Shown here piece by piece: positions 63,263 through 64,000 of a stretch of DNA of 64,000 bases. Under the pieces are notes generated by a model, which saw nothing but the letters and a program-made list of their open reading frames with translations, searched no databases and was not told the origin of the DNA. This DNA comes from Mobula hypostoma (taxonomy: Eukaryota). The stretch is from assembly GCF_963921235.1 (NCBI RefSeq), contig NC_086108.1, positions 11,532,001 through 11,596,000 on the forward strand, read 5' to 3'. The translations under genes were made by a program, and so were the position numbers. The stretch's first letter is position 1; every line of letters starts with the position of its first letter.

Positions 63263-64000
63263 TTCATGTTCTTTGAACTTTGGTGGAAAGATTTGGTGAA
63301 GGGAGAGTTTACCAGGATATGGAAGCCATCTTCTCGAACAAGGAAGTAGATTAGTCTTTCACCCAAAGCTGGTGTCTTCAACTACACTGGCTTGCCTGTA
63401 CTGGTGGTCAGAGCTTAGAGTGTCACTTATAAGAGAATCAATCAGGGTCTTGTGGAGTGTAGAAGTCTCACTGGAAGGACCAAACAGAGACAGCAAAGGA
63501 AGGCCAGAAGTAGAACAACACAGGAAGGCACACAACATGGGCTATCTCGCATAGTTCTTGTGATGCTCTCTGACCAAACCAATACTTCCCAAATGATTAC
63601 TCGTCCTGTAAATACGAGGAGTTCTAAACATGTTGCTAATCAAGAACAACACACATAAAATGCCGGTGGAACTCAGGAGGTCAGGCGACATCCAGAAAGA
63701 GGAATAAAGAGGCAATGTTTTGGACTGACCCTACATCGGAGCCTTTCACTGGTCCCATGTTGGACTTGGTTTACTGAGATGAAACACTCAACAATATATG
63801 TGCTGAAGTAGTCAACTAGTTAGTTAATTAATTGGTTAATTAATTAAGTAATTAATCAAGGATTAGGCCTCAAGTCGTGGTGTCATTTGTTTGCAACTAC
63901 CTGGGAAGAGGTATCAGAGCTACTGCGCTCCACCGCGGGTGGTGTCTGTGTTGACCTTCCCCCCCCCCCACCCTAGTGTTCATAGGGCAGAAGACAAGCT

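Overview
Repeat-dominated vertebrate genomic DNA, not prokaryotic. The repeat complement (HE1/V-SINE-like SINEs, abundant CR1 and Rex/Babar LINEs, Penelope elements) suggests a cartilaginous fish, probably a ray; this is inference. The only host coding sequence I can support is two adjacent + strand exons (18668-~18823 and 18970-19066) of the KCTD3/SHKBP1 family, closest to SHKBP1. The first exon lacks a GT donor at the homologous position and reads into a TGA. The rest is intron-like DNA filled with nested transposons. These include a Gmr1-like Ty3/Gypsy derivative with an open gag-protease ORF but collapsed pol (1-4103), a decayed full-length Ty3/Gypsy provirus (45800-50158) and five solo LTRs. 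DNA transposons are a Tigger with a ~320-bp internal palindrome, a hAT/Charlie derivative and two Chapaev3-like remnants. There are also R4/Dong, L1, CR1 and Rex LINE pieces, Penelope elements with minimal hammerhead-ribozyme motifs, an interstitial telomeric tract and a 30/31-bp minisatellite. I found no clearly novel multi-gene system. The best leads are the broken SHKBP1-like splice donor, the Penelope hammerheads, the gag-pro-only Gmr1 derivative and the telomeric tract. Family names are from motif recognition, not database searches; boundaries of old repeats are approximate.
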